DNA of 64,000 nucleotides from an uncultured cyanobacterium (GTDB lineage Bacteria; Cyanobacteriota; Cyanobacteriia; Cyanobacteriales; CAWCAG01): NCBI GenBank assembly GCA_963793425.1, contig CAWCAG010000005.1, positions 224,001 to 288,000 of the forward strand, read 5' to 3'. Shown piece by piece: positions 63,983 to 64,000 of this stretch (position 1 is its first letter; each line of letters starts with the position of its first letter). The notes under the pieces were generated by a model. It saw only the letters and a program-made list of their open reading frames with translations, ran no database searches and was not told where the DNA came from. The position numbers and the translations under genes were made by a program.

Positions 63983-64000
63983 AGTTAGCGATCGCTTTAT

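Overview
Cyanobacterial chromosomal window. Evidence for this: abundant HIP1 GCGATCGC octamers, ycf4, rbcR/ycf30, WCGLC thioredoxin, XisH/XisI, Uma2 and a PEP-CTERM protein. Most of it is core or typical content: guaA, cbiD, prlC, hppD, comB, ycf4, rnb, rpsR-rpmG, hemB, zur, several Ser/Thr kinases and a cAMP/c-di-GMP two-component cluster. The stand-out is a ~10.2 kb HIP1-free island (about 4290-14524) that looks like a polymorphic toxin system built on a DUF4157 (eCIS-core) carrier. It has one ~1900-codon toxin gene, broken here by four compensating 1-nt indels, with 11-residue repeats, a pre-toxin module and an unrecognised C-terminal domain, followed by a translationally coupled immunity gene. 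Two orphan cassettes follow, both starting at the same junction; the second carries a YwqJ-like deaminase with a YwqK-like immunity gene. The whole array is bracketed by direct-repeat copies of a 71-aa unknown gene with its upstream region. Other points of interest are a ZIP permease with an inserted cNMP-binding domain, a C5-methyltransferase/PD-(D/E)xK nuclease fusion next to a trypsin-like protease and a MITE-disrupted xisH, nested IS remnants, and a pseudokinase. All calls are from motif recognition by eye; no database searches were run. Several single-base frameshifts may be assembly errors.
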